From positions 51,288 through 115,287 of IMG/VR virus record IMGVR_UViG_3300017791_000207: a stretch of DNA of 64,000 nt. The stretch is one strand, 5' to 3'. Origin of the DNA: a virus (taxonomy: Duplodnaviria; Caudoviricetes). Every line of letters begins with the position of its first letter. The first letter of the stretch is position 1. A model generated the notes under the pieces. That model saw only the letters and a program-made list of their open reading frames with translations. It did no database searches and was not told where the DNA came from. The position numbers were made by a program, and so were the translations under genes. This document shows, piece by piece, positions 47,150 to 58,548 of this stretch.

Positions 47150-47821
47150 ATGAATTTACTAACAGATAATGGAAAATATTATCTATACAGACACATTCGT
47201 CTTGATACTAATGAAGTATTTTATGTAGGCATAGGTAAAAAGCCAAAAGATTATACCACTATTAAATCAGAATACAAAAGAGCATTTAATGGATATGACA
47301 GAAAAGCTTTATGGAAAAATATAATAAATAAAACAGATTATGAAGTAGAAATTGTGTTTGAGTCTGATGACTATGATTTTATTAAACAAAAAGAAATAGA
47401 GTTTATTGCTTTGTATGGACGTAGAGACAAAGGGTTAGGAAACCTTGTCAATCATACGGATGGTGGAGAGGGTACAGTAGGATATATTAGGACTGAAGAA
47501 CAAAGAAAAAGGCATAGTGAGTTCATGAAAGGAAAAACTATGGCGCAATCAACTAAAGATAAAATAGGAAAGGCTAGTAAAGGTAGAAAACCTCCTCCTC
47601 CAACAGAGGCACAGTTAGCACAAGTAAGGGAGATTTGGAAATACAGTATATTAAAAACTAGTAGAAAAATAATAGACATTGAAACAGGAGAAATATTTAA
47701 TTCCATAAAAGAGTTGTGCAAAATAAAAAATATTTTGTATCAAACATTGATGAAAAAATTAAGAGGTACGAGAACTAATAATACTCCATATAGATACTAT
47801 GACGAACAGGGACATAATTAG
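47150..47821 (+). CDS. GIY-YIG-like homing endonuclease with NUMOD3-type motifs
   Basis: YLYRH...FYVGIG...R...E...LVNHTDGGEG; RTEEQRKRHSE. Confidence 0.85.
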   Translation: MNLLTDNGKYYLYRHIRLDTNEVFYVGIGKKPKDYTTIKSEYKRAFNGYDRKALWKNIINKTDYEVEIVFESDDYDFIKQKEIEFIALYGRRDKGLGNLVNHTDGGEGTVGYIRTEEQRKRHSEFMKGKTMAQSTKDKIGKASKGRKPPPPTEAQLAQVREIWKYSILKTSRKIIDIETGEIFNSIKELCKIKNILYQTLMKKLRGTRTNNTPYRYYDEQGHN

Positions 47822-48473
47822 TAGAATAAGATCGAATTTCAAATGGCTCTCCTCCGATAACTCAATTTCGGATAGGGCTATTTTAGCTGAATTAAGGTCA
47901 ACTGCTTCCTTACTTATCAAGAGGGAAACAGATCGTCGTAAGTTACTTCAAACAGATACGTTATACACTACTGTACCATGTGTAGAAATGATAGAAGTAA
48001 GTTTAGCTGAATGTTGTTCATATACTTCACCATGTAGTATTCGACGTTCCAAATATAAAATTCCTAAAGTGGGAGAAGGTATTTGGGGTAATCTTATACA
48101 AGGTGTATATTCAGTAGACGGGAAGGCAACATTTATGCAGTCCGACCCTAATAGATTTGCAAATTCCTTAAAGTTAGGTCTTAAAACAAAACCTAAATTC
48201 TATTGGATTCAGAATAATTATCTTTATATTTCTGATTCATTTATTGAATTGGTGATGATTAAAGCTTATTTTGAAGAAGATATCAATCCTGAATTATTTG
48301 CTTGCTCTGCCGATCCTGAAATTACTGAATGCACCAACCCACTTGATACAGAATTTAAGTGTCCTACATACCTTGTAGAGAATGTAATTACAGTAGTATC
48401 TCAGAAATACAATGCTACATATCGTACTGCGGTGCCTGATATTACTTCAGATGATTTAGATCAGTCTAAATAA
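47799..48473 (+). CDS. Tail ring protein (crAss-like)
   Basis: SDNSISDRAIL...LLIKRE...QNNYLYI...AYFEE; gene order. Confidence 0.6.
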   Translation: MTNRDIISRIRSNFKWLSSDNSISDRAILAELRSTASLLIKRETDRRKLLQTDTLYTTVPCVEMIEVSLAECCSYTSPCSIRRSKYKIPKVGEGIWGNLIQGVYSVDGKATFMQSDPNRFANSLKLGLKTKPKFYWIQNNYLYISDSFIELVMIKAYFEEDINPELFACSADPEITECTNPLDTEFKCPTYLVENVITVVSQKYNATYRTAVPDITSDDLDQSK

Positions 48474-48502
48474 GATTCCTTTTTAAAATAGATTTTATCA
48501 TA

Positions 48503-49021
48503 ATGCCCAAACCTGATAGAGACTTTAGAACAGCTTCAAGAGAATCATGGAAACTTTTTAAGAAAGCTCATCCACAATTAGCCAAGAAGATAAATAGTAC
48601 CAAATACATCAAGATAGTCAAAGGATTCAACGAAAGATTGATTAATTATGCGTTAGACACAGGAAATCAAATATTCCTACCTTATCATTTTGGTGTTATT
48701 TGTGTTCATCGTTGGGAGGGAATTAATTTCAAATATAAAGAAGATGGTACTGCTCAAAATATCATGGCTATCAATTGGCCTGAAACAAACAGGTTAGGTA
48801 AAAGAGTATTTCTCTTAAATAATCATACAGAAGGTTTTAGATACAGGTTTTTATGGAGAACAACTAAAAGATTACCAATGCAGGATATTTGGTGTTTTCA
48901 TGCAACAAGAGTAGCATCAAGAGAACTTGCCCGAAGACTCAAAGAAGAAACCGAAAAATATAAATATATGTATCATGATTGGAGAAAAGCTAAAAATCAG
49001 GTACGACATGACAATAGATAA
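48503..49021 (+). CDS. IHF/HU-like protein of the crAss-like tail module
   Basis: IFLPYHFG...INWPET...NNHTEGFRYRFLW...RELARRLK; between ring and tube genes. Confidence 0.65.
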   Translation: MPKPDRDFRTASRESWKLFKKAHPQLAKKINSTKYIKIVKGFNERLINYALDTGNQIFLPYHFGVICVHRWEGINFKYKEDGTAQNIMAINWPETNRLGKRVFLLNNHTEGFRYRFLWRTTKRLPMQDIWCFHATRVASRELARRLKEETEKYKYMYHDWRKAKNQVRHDNR

Positions 49022-49876
49022 ATGAAAACATTCACTTCCCCCACACCATATATTGCTCAGGTAAAAGAAGAATTAAAATCTTACTTTGCTACGGGAGCTG
49101 TTGATGATTTATTGTTTCCTATTTGGATCAATGATGCACTTGGTAAGTTGCGTAAAAGTGCTTATCCAATATATGAAACCTTGGTTGAAATAGAGAATTT
49201 CATGGGCGAATTACCATGTGATTTCAATTCAGTAAAGGCAGTTTGGAATACTTGCAATATTACTACTAACCCCATCCTAAACCAAGGTTCTTTCTATGAA
49301 CAAGTTGATTGTCGTCTTGCACACTTTGATGATAGATGTCATGAATGTTTTGAAAGCGATGAGTGTACTACCTTAAATCCTGATTATGCAGTTGTAATTA
49401 AACATACGGGAGTTACTTGGTTTACATATAAATTCAATCATTTACTCAGACCTGCTACAACTCATACAATCAGAAAATGTGGAGAACATTGTGATAATAT
49501 GCATTCTGAATGTGATGATACTTTTGATATTCGTGATAATAAGATTTCAGTAAGTTTCAGACATGGTAAAGTACATCTGATGTATTACTCTAACCAACTT
49601 AATGATGAGGGAGAGCAATTAGTTCCTGATGATTCATTTACCAAAAACTATATCATTGATTTCCTGAAATATAAGGTTTTTCAATCTCTCTATAATACCA
49701 CAACAGATGAATCAGTAAATATCATTGAAAGGAAATTAGCTAAGGCAGAAGCAGATATGTATCAATCTTTGATTATTGCACAAACCGAATTTAAGAAACT
49801 TACTCAAGGTCAAATGGTTGATAAAGCAAATCAAAGAAAAAGAAGATTTACTAATTACAAACGTACACTAAGATAA
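49022..49876 (+). CDS. Tail tubular protein (P22 gp4-like ring)
   Basis: WINDALGKL...GELPCDF...GKVHLMY...LVPD; precedes muzzle gene. Confidence 0.65.
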   Translation: MKTFTSPTPYIAQVKEELKSYFATGAVDDLLFPIWINDALGKLRKSAYPIYETLVEIENFMGELPCDFNSVKAVWNTCNITTNPILNQGSFYEQVDCRLAHFDDRCHECFESDECTTLNPDYAVVIKHTGVTWFTYKFNHLLRPATTHTIRKCGEHCDNMHSECDDTFDIRDNKISVSFRHGKVHLMYYSNQLNDEGEQLVPDDSFTKNYIIDFLKYKVFQSLYNTTTDESVNIIERKLAKAEADMYQSLIIAQTEFKKLTQGQMVDKANQRKRRFTNYKRTLR

Positions 49877-49881
49877 AATAG

Positions 49882-52800
49882 ATGGGATATACTCCACTAC
49901 AAGCAACAGCAGGAATGAATACAGATAACCTTGATGGTAATATACCTCAGGGTTTTTTGACATTTGCTAATAATGCAGTAATCACTTCTTTTGATAGGTC
50001 TTATGTATCATACTCTACCGAACAAGGTAATGATTTTTGTGTTAAACCACCCGAAGGTTATAATGTAATTGGTAAATATAATATAACAGAGCAGAATAGG
50101 GTTATTCTTTTCTTGGTTAATCCTACAACAAATACTTCTCAAATAGGTCAATTAAAGAATTGCACTTACTCTCCCATCATAACTGCTGAATGTTTAGGAT
50201 TTAATATTGACTACCCTATTCATCAGATTGTCATTAAAACAACCAATTGTTCTACCGAATTGTATTGGACTGATAACCTTAGTAATATGAGGTATATCAA
50301 TCTTGATGACCTTCCATTCAGGGAAGTACCTGATCCAAATAATGATTACAAAAAGATTAAGATAGATGGTGAAGTAGATTGTAATAAAATGCTTATTCAG
50401 TCTAATTTTTCTATTCCGCAAACTAATATTATATCCACTGAACAAGGGGGCGTATTAAAAGAAGGAGCGTATCAATTTGGTGTTGCATATTCCAACGAAT
50501 TAGGTGAAACTTATTCTCCATTCTTCAATGTTACCAATATCATCTCCATCAAAGAGATAGATAGGGCTACACAGAATTTTGATACACAAACCGATCAAGC
50601 TATCCGTGTAAAAGTAGAGAACCTTGATACATCAGGTGTATTTGATTATTTTGTTTTGATTGTGGCCGAAACTATTAATGCAATTACCACTTTTAAAAGA
50701 GTTGGTGTATATCCTATTGCCAATGAAAGCTATGACACTTTATATACAGGTGATTCAGATACAGCAATACAAATTACGGCAGAACAACTATTCCAACAAT
50801 TCCAATACTATGACCTTGCACAAGGTGTAACTCAATCAGATGAAAGAGTTATTTTCTATGGTGTAAAAGAAAAACAAAAAATTAATTATCAACCTATTTG
50901 GTCCAAGGTTATCCTTAATTGGGAAACTCATAAATTACCATATACACAAACAGAAGCTTATATTAATCCAATTAATACCCTTGAATTAAAGGGTTATATG
51001 CGAGATGAAGTGTATCCTTTCGAAGGTGCTTTCATACTTACAAATGGTAAAACTACTGAATCTTTTCATATTCCAGGAAGATTACCTATAGATACTGATT
51101 TGATAGATGTTCCATTAGACAACCTTGATAGTAATGTAACTGAAACAAATTGTGAAACTCCGACATCCAAGAAATATTGGCAGGTTTATAATACAGGTAC
51201 AGTAACAGGTTTTTCTGATGAATTTCAAGGTAATGAGACTGACCTTTGTTATAAAGGTTCTTATCAGTACGGTGAATTTTCTTATTGGGAAAGTGGGGAA
51301 ACATATCCTAATAATGAAAGTATTTGGGGAAGTTTAGCTAATAAACCTATACGTCATCATAAGTTTCCTGATGAATTAGTTACAAAAAGATTTACAACAG
51401 ACGGTGATACATCATTTGTATATCCTATTGGCGTGAAGATTAATATAGGTTCACTAAGAGCAGCTATTGAAAACTCTGATTTAACTCAAGAACAAAAAGA
51501 TGAAATAGTAGGATTTAAGATTATCCGAGGTAAGAGAGAAGCAGGTAATCAATCCATCAAGGCAAAAGGTTATATGACAAATGTTGGTTCTTATGAATAT
51601 GAGGATCAGAAATACTATTTTCCCAACTATCCATATAATTCACTTGATATTGATCCTTTATATGCAGATAATACCAAGATAAAACAAGGTACGGGGTTTA
51701 ACTTTGATAAAGTACGTAAACCATATCAAGATAATCAAGGTAAGGATCAATTCACTTTTCATTCTCCTGATACTCATTTTGGCCGTCAGGCAGCTATTGA
51801 CCAAGGATACCTTAAGATTGAGGCTATTGACTATGGTACAGGAAAAGGTCATTTTGTTCCTATTAAAAACAATGCAGAATATAAATTCTTGACGCAAGAT
51901 GCTATTAAAGCATCAGTTGTTCTTGCATCAGGCGTAGCATTTGACTTTGATAAAGGAGGACATCCTCAATTTAATGGTACGGATGCAGTTTCAGTTTATT
52001 CGAACACACAAGCACTCTTTGAGAAACTAATAGCCTATCAGAACTTCGGCTATATGATTGATTCTCAGGCAACTTTTAATCAATCATTTGCTGTACCTAA
52101 CGAAGGTAATAAAATAAGAGGAATAGAATATGGTAAATACCTTAGAGGTGGTGGAGTAGAATCAATTGAAAATGGTCTACCTCTTAATAATTACCTCAGA
52201 GAGAGTTCAGTTTACCTCAAAACAAATGCTGAATTATTATATGCAACAGAGTATTCTTCAATAATTCCTGATGATAATTCACGTATCATAGCTACTATTG
52301 ATTCTAATATAGAAATTACCCCTGAAGAGTTTTTCAATACCTTAAAAAATGAGATGACTGTTGCAACAATGACAGCACTTATTTTAGGTATGCGAACAGC
52401 AGCCAAAGAAATACTACCTGATAATGAGAATTCGACTACTATATTAACACAAATGATAGGATTGATTCTTGACCCAATTATATCAGGACAACCTTTCTCT
52501 GTACTTCAAGCTCTTTCTAATCAGTCAAATAATTGTAATGACGTAGCAGGAATATATCCAACATATAATATTAATTATTCAGCCTCTAATACAGCTCTAA
52601 ACACACCATATACACAAGTTCCAACACCTCAAAATATAGATGTATATGCAAGTTCAGGTGAACTACTAAGCGGAGGAAATCCTGCGCCAACATTTACTAT
52701 AAATAATAATGTTCCAACTATAACTTCAAATCAACAGTTTACCATTAATTATATGGTAGACACTTTAAATTTAACTTTAGACCAAGAAGCTCAAATTACA

Positions 52801-55218
52801 GCAACTGATCCTGCCGTAAGGTCTATTATTGCAGCAGGATTATTTGGAACAACAACAGCCAATATTTGCGGAGGAAGACTTTTGGAAGCTGCGTATAATG
52901 CAGTTGTTTATGGAGCACAGGCTTACAAAACTACTCAACCTGAAGCTACTAAAAAGACACTTTCTAACTTTCGTGAATTTGATGTAAATGCTTACTATAC
53001 ATCTCTAAAATCTTATCTTCCTTCACAATGGGGAAGAATGTATTCCTATACAACGGTTGATACAGGATATTACCAAAACTTTGGTGATGAACCTAAGACA
53101 ATATTTGGTGGTGATACATTTATTAATAAGTTTACATTAAAGACTAAGTTATCAGTATTTAATAAAACAACAATTGGATTACCTGACGGAGCTGATATTG
53201 CCTTAAATGAAGAAGGTAATCTTGGTGATCCGATGTTCTATATTTCTACCAAACCTATTACTTATAATTATCAACTTGATGATGCAGCTCTAAATGAAGC
53301 TTTCCAAGGAATAGGATTAATAGATAAGAATGCCTTATATGGTAATCTTGCCCAACAAATTGGAGCAGGCATCCTTGCTGCGGGATTAGGTATTACTGCC
53401 ACAGGAGCACTTGCTATTCCAGGACTCATTGTTACGGCTGTGGGTGGAATTGTTTATATCATTGGATCAATTTTGAAAAATATAGGTAATAAAATAACCA
53501 AAGCAATCATTAAGCTTTATAGAGATTTATTCCAACAGTTGATGGATACCATCGGAGTTAAGAATATTAATCTTGATATGGCTACCCAAACAGGAATAGC
53601 ACACCAAGGTATTTTCTATCAATATGTATTTGGATTACCTACATTCTTTGTGGAGAGTCAGGTTAATGTGGATTATCGTCAAGCCACCAATGATAACGAA
53701 GGTAATTTCTATCCTCGTGTAGGAGAAGGTGTACCTGATGATTGGCTCCAACCACAAAGAGTGCCATTAGAATATGATAATTCATATGTTTATAATAAAA
53801 GTTATTCTAAACAAAATGAAGAGAGTTTTTTCTCTCATCTAAGAGAGGATTTTGATCCAAGTAAATTATGTTTCTCTGAATTTCCTAATCGTGCAATTTG
53901 GTCAGAGAAAACAAATCTTAGTGAGACACTTAATAATTGGTTGATATTTAAACCTATTAGCAGGTTTGATTTTCCTAAATCGTATGGTAAGTTAACCTCA
54001 TTGGATGGTATTTCTAATGGTGTAGTAATGGCACGATTTGAAAACAAAACTCAATTATACAATGCACTTACTACTGTAAACACTTCTACATTCCAAGCAT
54101 ACCTTGGTAATGATACTTTATTTCAAGCAAAACCATTAGACTTTTCCGAGACTGATGGAGGATCACTAGGTTCTCAACATAAGTTTTTACTTCGTACCGA
54201 GAATGGTAATATTTTTGTGGATTCTCTAAGAGGTCAAGTAGTCCTTTATAGAGGTGAACAACCACAGATAATTTCTGATTTAGGAATGAATAGATGGTTT
54301 TCAGAAAATCTTCCATTCAATATAAGTAAAAGTTTTCCTGATGTAAATACAGATAATAACTTTAAGGCCATCGGGATACATGGTGTCTATGACCAAGAAT
54401 ATAATAGAGTAATTCTAACCAAATTAGATTATCAACCTATTGCAGAAGGTATTCAATTTAACAATAATAAATTCTATTCAGATGGTAAGGAAATTCAACT
54501 TACGGACAGTAAATACTTTTGTAATAAGTCATGGACAATGTCCTTCAGTTTTCTTTCAAATTCATGGATCAGTTATCACTCATACCTACCGAATTATTAT
54601 ATAGGATACCCAAACACCTTCCAATCAGGTAATTCAACAGGTATATACACCCATAATACCAATTATACAACTTTTCATACTTATTATGGAAAAGCAGAAC
54701 CATATATACTTGAATATCCATTAACTTATAGTACACCTCAGGATCAGGTAATTCAATCAATCAGAGATTATTCAACAGCTCTTATCTATCAGAGTAAGGA
54801 TATTTCATATGAACCAACTGATATATTATACTTTGATAAGGCAGAATTATTCAATAAGAATCAACACACAGGTACAAGAAATTTAATACCTAAACCAAAG
54901 AATGATCTTTCGGCTCTTAGAAAATATCCAAAGTATAATTCTGATTCAATAGATATTCTTGTGGATAAAAGGGATTCATGGATTAGCTTTAATTCACTTT
55001 GGGATATAGTCCAAGATGCCAACAAACCTATCATGGATATTTCATGTTCATCAAACCTTATGGAGGCTGATCAAACTAATTTGGATTATACTCGAAGACC
55101 ATACAAAAATATTCTACTGAGAAGTAAAAATGCACGAATCAGACTTACACTCAACAAAAATAATTTCAAACTAACAAGCAGGTTGGTACTTGCACAATCC
55201 ACCGAAAGCAATGCCTAA
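49882..55218 (+). CDS. Tail stabilisation/muzzle protein (P22 gp10-like)
   Basis: 1778 aa; GMNTD, YWTDN, GYMRDEVY, IRHHKFPD, FHSPD, FGGDTFI, SWISYHSYLP. Confidence 0.8.
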   Translation: MGYTPLQATAGMNTDNLDGNIPQGFLTFANNAVITSFDRSYVSYSTEQGNDFCVKPPEGYNVIGKYNITEQNRVILFLVNPTTNTSQIGQLKNCTYSPIITAECLGFNIDYPIHQIVIKTTNCSTELYWTDNLSNMRYINLDDLPFREVPDPNNDYKKIKIDGEVDCNKMLIQSNFSIPQTNIISTEQGGVLKEGAYQFGVAYSNELGETYSPFFNVTNIISIKEIDRATQNFDTQTDQAIRVKVENLDTSGVFDYFVLIVAETINAITTFKRVGVYPIANESYDTLYTGDSDTAIQITAEQLFQQFQYYDLAQGVTQSDERVIFYGVKEKQKINYQPIWSKVILNWETHKLPYTQTEAYINPINTLELKGYMRDEVYPFEGAFILTNGKTTESFHIPGRLPIDTDLIDVPLDNLDSNVTETNCETPTSKKYWQVYNTGTVTGFSDEFQGNETDLCYKGSYQYGEFSYWESGETYPNNESIWGSLANKPIRHHKFPDELVTKRFTTDGDTSFVYPIGVKINIGSLRAAIENSDLTQEQKDEIVGFKIIRGKREAGNQSIKAKGYMTNVGSYEYEDQKYYFPNYPYNSLDIDPLYADNTKIKQGTGFNFDKVRKPYQDNQGKDQFTFHSPDTHFGRQAAIDQGYLKIEAIDYGTGKGHFVPIKNNAEYKFLTQDAIKASVVLASGVAFDFDKGGHPQFNGTDAVSVYSNTQALFEKLIAYQNFGYMIDSQATFNQSFAVPNEGNKIRGIEYGKYLRGGGVESIENGLPLNNYLRESSVYLKTNAELLYATEYSSIIPDDNSRIIATIDSNIEITPEEFFNTLKNEMTVATMTALILGMRTAAKEILPDNENSTTILTQMIGLILDPIISGQPFSVLQALSNQSNNCNDVAGIYPTYNINYSASNTALNTPYTQVPTPQNIDVYASSGELLSGGNPAPTFTINNNVPTITSNQQFTINYMVDTLNLTLDQEAQITATDPAVRSIIAAGLFGTTTANICGGRLLEAAYNAVVYGAQAYKTTQPEATKKTLSNFREFDVNAYYTSLKSYLPSQWGRMYSYTTVDTGYYQNFGDEPKTIFGGDTFINKFTLKTKLSVFNKTTIGLPDGADIALNEEGNLGDPMFYISTKPITYNYQLDDAALNEAFQGIGLIDKNALYGNLAQQIGAGILAAGLGITATGALAIPGLIVTAVGGIVYIIGSILKNIGNKITKAIIKLYRDLFQQLMDTIGVKNINLDMATQTGIAHQGIFYQYVFGLPTFFVESQVNVDYRQATNDNEGNFYPRVGEGVPDDWLQPQRVPLEYDNSYVYNKSYSKQNEESFFSHLREDFDPSKLCFSEFPNRAIWSEKTNLSETLNNWLIFKPISRFDFPKSYGKLTSLDGISNGVVMARFENKTQLYNALTTVNTSTFQAYLGNDTLFQAKPLDFSETDGGSLGSQHKFLLRTENGNIFVDSLRGQVVLYRGEQPQIISDLGMNRWFSENLPFNISKSFPDVNTDNNFKAIGIHGVYDQEYNRVILTKLDYQPIAEGIQFNNNKFYSDGKEIQLTDSKYFCNKSWTMSFSFLSNSWISYHSYLPNYYIGYPNTFQSGNSTGIYTHNTNYTTFHTYYGKAEPYILEYPLTYSTPQDQVIQSIRDYSTALIYQSKDISYEPTDILYFDKAELFNKNQHTGTRNLIPKPKNDLSALRKYPKYNSDSIDILVDKRDSWISFNSLWDIVQDANKPIMDISCSSNLMEADQTNLDYTRRPYKNILLRSKNARIRLTLNKNNFKLTSRLVLAQSTESNA

Positions 55219-56485
55219 TAAAAAACAAACTAAACCCAAAGCTCAGAACGGATACGTAATTCCTGAACAACAGGTCTATGCTCAACAAATGTATCCCAAT
55301 AACTATCCTATGGGTATGCAACAACCATATCTCTTACCTATTAATGAGAATATGCAAGGGCAACAAATTCCACAAAGTCAATTTCCCACTTATCAATCAG
55401 CTGATAGTACAGGATATGTTGACCCCAATAAAAAGAATAAACAAATAAACTCAATATCTAATGGAATTGGTGAAGGAGCAAAAGCTATTGGTGGAGTATT
55501 AGATACCATTGGAGATATCAGACGTGGAATTATTACGGGAGGTTCAGCACTTTTAAATGCCTTAATTCCTGATAATCAAACTCCAAGACCAAAAGCTATC
55601 CAATACACAAATTCCCAAGATCCATATGGTAACCAAACATATAATAACATGTATGAGAATGGTGGGAGTATTAATATTAAACCTGAAAATCGTGGAAAGT
55701 TCAGTGCCTCTGCTCAAAATGCAGGAATGGGGGTGCAACAGTTTGCATCTCATGTATTAGCTAATAAAGATGATTATTCAACTCTTCAAGTCCAAAGAGC
55801 TAATTTCGCTAGAAACTTTGGAGGAAATCACCATGCAGCAAATGGTGCAACAGTTACTAATTATGGCTTCGGTGAGGATATTCCAAATTTAACACCAATT
55901 CAAAGAGCTATATTATATGGTAATGCCGCACCAACTTCTGTACAAGATGTAACACCAATTAATCAACCTGTACCACTCCCAATAAATAATTCAGGTTCTC
56001 AATATGGTTATTATGACCAAGGACAAAACGGACAATTCGCAATCAATATACCAAGAGCATTACAAGACAGAACTGCATTATCAGGTAATATAGGCGATCC
56101 ATACGCATTCTCTACTAATAGAAGTTTTGGTTATGAAAATCAATATGGTAATAGGGATTATACCCCACAACAATATCAAACATCTGACTATTATAGTAGA
56201 GTCTTTCAAAATGGTGGAATAGTAAATAATTCAGGATATACAGATGGCTCACAAACAGCTAACAATCCTGTTAATATAATTCCTACAAATTTTATCACAA
56301 CCCAAAACATGAGCCAGCCTATAATGGCTAATGGATTTCAATTGCAACCAAACACAGGCAACTATTTATTTCCTACTCAAAGTGTAGTTGAATCTCAAAT
56401 TTATACCGCAGGTAAGACTTACGATATGTCCGAAGAAGATGCAAACCACCTTAAAAGTTTAGGGTATGATATTGAAATAAAATAA
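55211..56485 (+). CDS. Internal virion cargo protein
   Basis: Q/N/P-rich; YENGG, FQNGG; IKPENRGKF...RANFARNF domain. Confidence 0.6.
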   Translation: MPNKKQTKPKAQNGYVIPEQQVYAQQMYPNNYPMGMQQPYLLPINENMQGQQIPQSQFPTYQSADSTGYVDPNKKNKQINSISNGIGEGAKAIGGVLDTIGDIRRGIITGGSALLNALIPDNQTPRPKAIQYTNSQDPYGNQTYNNMYENGGSINIKPENRGKFSASAQNAGMGVQQFASHVLANKDDYSTLQVQRANFARNFGGNHHAANGATVTNYGFGEDIPNLTPIQRAILYGNAAPTSVQDVTPINQPVPLPINNSGSQYGYYDQGQNGQFAINIPRALQDRTALSGNIGDPYAFSTNRSFGYENQYGNRDYTPQQYQTSDYYSRVFQNGGIVNNSGYTDGSQTANNPVNIIPTNFITTQNMSQPIMANGFQLQPNTGNYLFPTQSVVESQIYTAGKTYDMSEEDANHLKSLGYDIEIK

Positions 56486-56496
56486 AAACATTACAC

Positions 56497-58548
56497 ATGC
56501 CTAAAGTAACAATAAAATCACTTCCTCCACAAGTTAATAGTGGAATCACTGTTGAGGATAACGCAGTAAAACAAATTTCTCCAAGTTTTCAACAAATAGG
56601 CGGAAAACCACATTCTCAAGGAGGAACTGATGTTCAATATGCAGGACAAACTGTAGAGATGCAAAATTCAGAACCTATAAGCCTTGATCAAAATAATAAC
56701 CTTGTAGCCTTCGGAAAATTACGCATACCTTCAACAAACATGACCTTTGAAACAGGTGCCAAGAAATTAGCCGAAGTCGAAAATAAAAATGTTAAACAAG
56801 CAGATAAAGCAGTTAATCTAATTAACAGTTCTGATCCATACGATAAGTTTGAGTCATTAGCTTTTAATAGCGGTGTTGTATTAGGTAATGCAGCTCAGAT
56901 AAAACAAAAAGAAGTGCTTCAAACTAAACAAGCATTAGGTGAATTACAACAAGATATTTTAGACAGAGCTAATCAACTTGGTATTGCTCCTGAAAAGTTA
57001 CAAAAAATGAAAAACGGTGGCACCATGAAAGTAAAGATTAAATCAGTTCCACAATACAAAAATGGAGGAGTTATACCTATGTATCAAGCAGGAGGAACTA
57101 TTAATGACCCACAGCAAGATTATCTTAATTGGTTATATAATTCTCCTGATGTTTATGGTAATACAGGTTTTATTCCTGCTGAACAAAGAGCTATCGTCGC
57201 ACCTAATGCACAAGGTTCTTTGGCACAACGTAATAATAACCCAGGTAATCTGAGATTCGCAGGACAAAAAGGAGCTACTAAAGGTGATGGAGGATTTGCT
57301 AAGTTTCCATCCTATGATTTAGGTTACGCTGCTCTTGTCAATGATATTAAAGCTAAACAATCAGGTAAAACTAAGACCAAACTTGGACCTAATTCTAATC
57401 TATTGGATCTAATGAATGTTTATTCTCCTGCGGCAGATAGTAATGATCCACAGAGATTAGCTACAACATTAGCACAAGGATTAGGAGTCGGTGTAGATAC
57501 TAAAATAGGTGATTTAGATACCAATAAATTAGCAGATTTAATTGCACGTAATGAAGATGCTGCATATGCCTCTCAACAAGATAATCAAGGAACTAACTTT
57601 ACTCCACAATCACAAGTTCAACCTGAACCCTTAGTAAGACCTGATGTACGTCCTATATACAACGATACATTACCTGACCAAACTGTTAATTACAATACTC
57701 GTAACCTTATACCAGGATATCAAGATCAATTGAATCCCACTCAGGCAAGTATCTTAGCTGACCAATTGGATTATAGACAACCTAACATTCCTTCATCAAT
57801 TCCTCAGGCTCAACCAATTGCTCAAAAGCCGATAAGAAGTAATTTTAACTATCTTTCTATCTTACCAGAGGTTGCAGCAATCCTTGACCGTCCTGATTAT
57901 GTCCAAGGTCAACAATATACACCTACTTTGTATGAGCCATATCGTGTGTCATATCAAGATCAGATTAACAACAATACCGCAAACTTTAATCAGGTTGCTC
58001 AATTAGCTAATAATAATCCTGGGGCATTAAGTACCTTGGTAGGGCAATTATACCAACAAAACCAAGGAGTACTTGCAAATGAATTCCGTCAAAATCAACA
58101 GGTTCAAAACCAAGTAGCTAATCAGAATACTGAATTAATGAATCAAGCACAACTCCAAAATCTTCAATTAGCTGACCAACAATATACACGTCAAGAACAA
58201 GCAAGAGCGAATACAGAAGCCGCGAGACAAGCTGCATTAACGAGCATCTCCCAAAAAGTGCAACAAAACCAATTGCTTAATAATCAATTAGCTCAACAAC
58301 AATATCAAAATAGATTGGTTGAAAACTTCTCAGGGTACAGAGATATTGGGAATGGTCAATTAGCTTATCAAGGACCAAATGCTCAGTTTAATTATGGTAA
58401 TATCCCTCAGGCTAATCCTATACAGAATATGACACCTGAACAATTGAAGGTATATCGTCAACAGTTAGCTGCACAACAGCAACAACAAAAACTTCAACAA
58501 ACACAAGCTAAGACTAATCAAATTACCCAATTTTTAAAGGGGCTATAA
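56497..58548 (+). CDS. Internal virion cargo protein with lysozyme-like domain
   Basis: GKPHSQGG; MKNGG/YKNGG/YQAGG; RNNNPGNLRF...GFAKF...YSPAADSND. Confidence 0.65.
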   Translation: MPKVTIKSLPPQVNSGITVEDNAVKQISPSFQQIGGKPHSQGGTDVQYAGQTVEMQNSEPISLDQNNNLVAFGKLRIPSTNMTFETGAKKLAEVENKNVKQADKAVNLINSSDPYDKFESLAFNSGVVLGNAAQIKQKEVLQTKQALGELQQDILDRANQLGIAPEKLQKMKNGGTMKVKIKSVPQYKNGGVIPMYQAGGTINDPQQDYLNWLYNSPDVYGNTGFIPAEQRAIVAPNAQGSLAQRNNNPGNLRFAGQKGATKGDGGFAKFPSYDLGYAALVNDIKAKQSGKTKTKLGPNSNLLDLMNVYSPAADSNDPQRLATTLAQGLGVGVDTKIGDLDTNKLADLIARNEDAAYASQQDNQGTNFTPQSQVQPEPLVRPDVRPIYNDTLPDQTVNYNTRNLIPGYQDQLNPTQASILADQLDYRQPNIPSSIPQAQPIAQKPIRSNFNYLSILPEVAAILDRPDYVQGQQYTPTLYEPYRVSYQDQINNNTANFNQVAQLANNNPGALSTLVGQLYQQNQGVLANEFRQNQQVQNQVANQNTELMNQAQLQNLQLADQQYTRQEQARANTEAARQAALTSISQKVQQNQLLNNQLAQQQYQNRLVENFSGYRDIGNGQLAYQGPNAQFNYGNIPQANPIQNMTPEQLKVYRQQLAAQQQQQKLQQTQAKTNQITQFLKGL

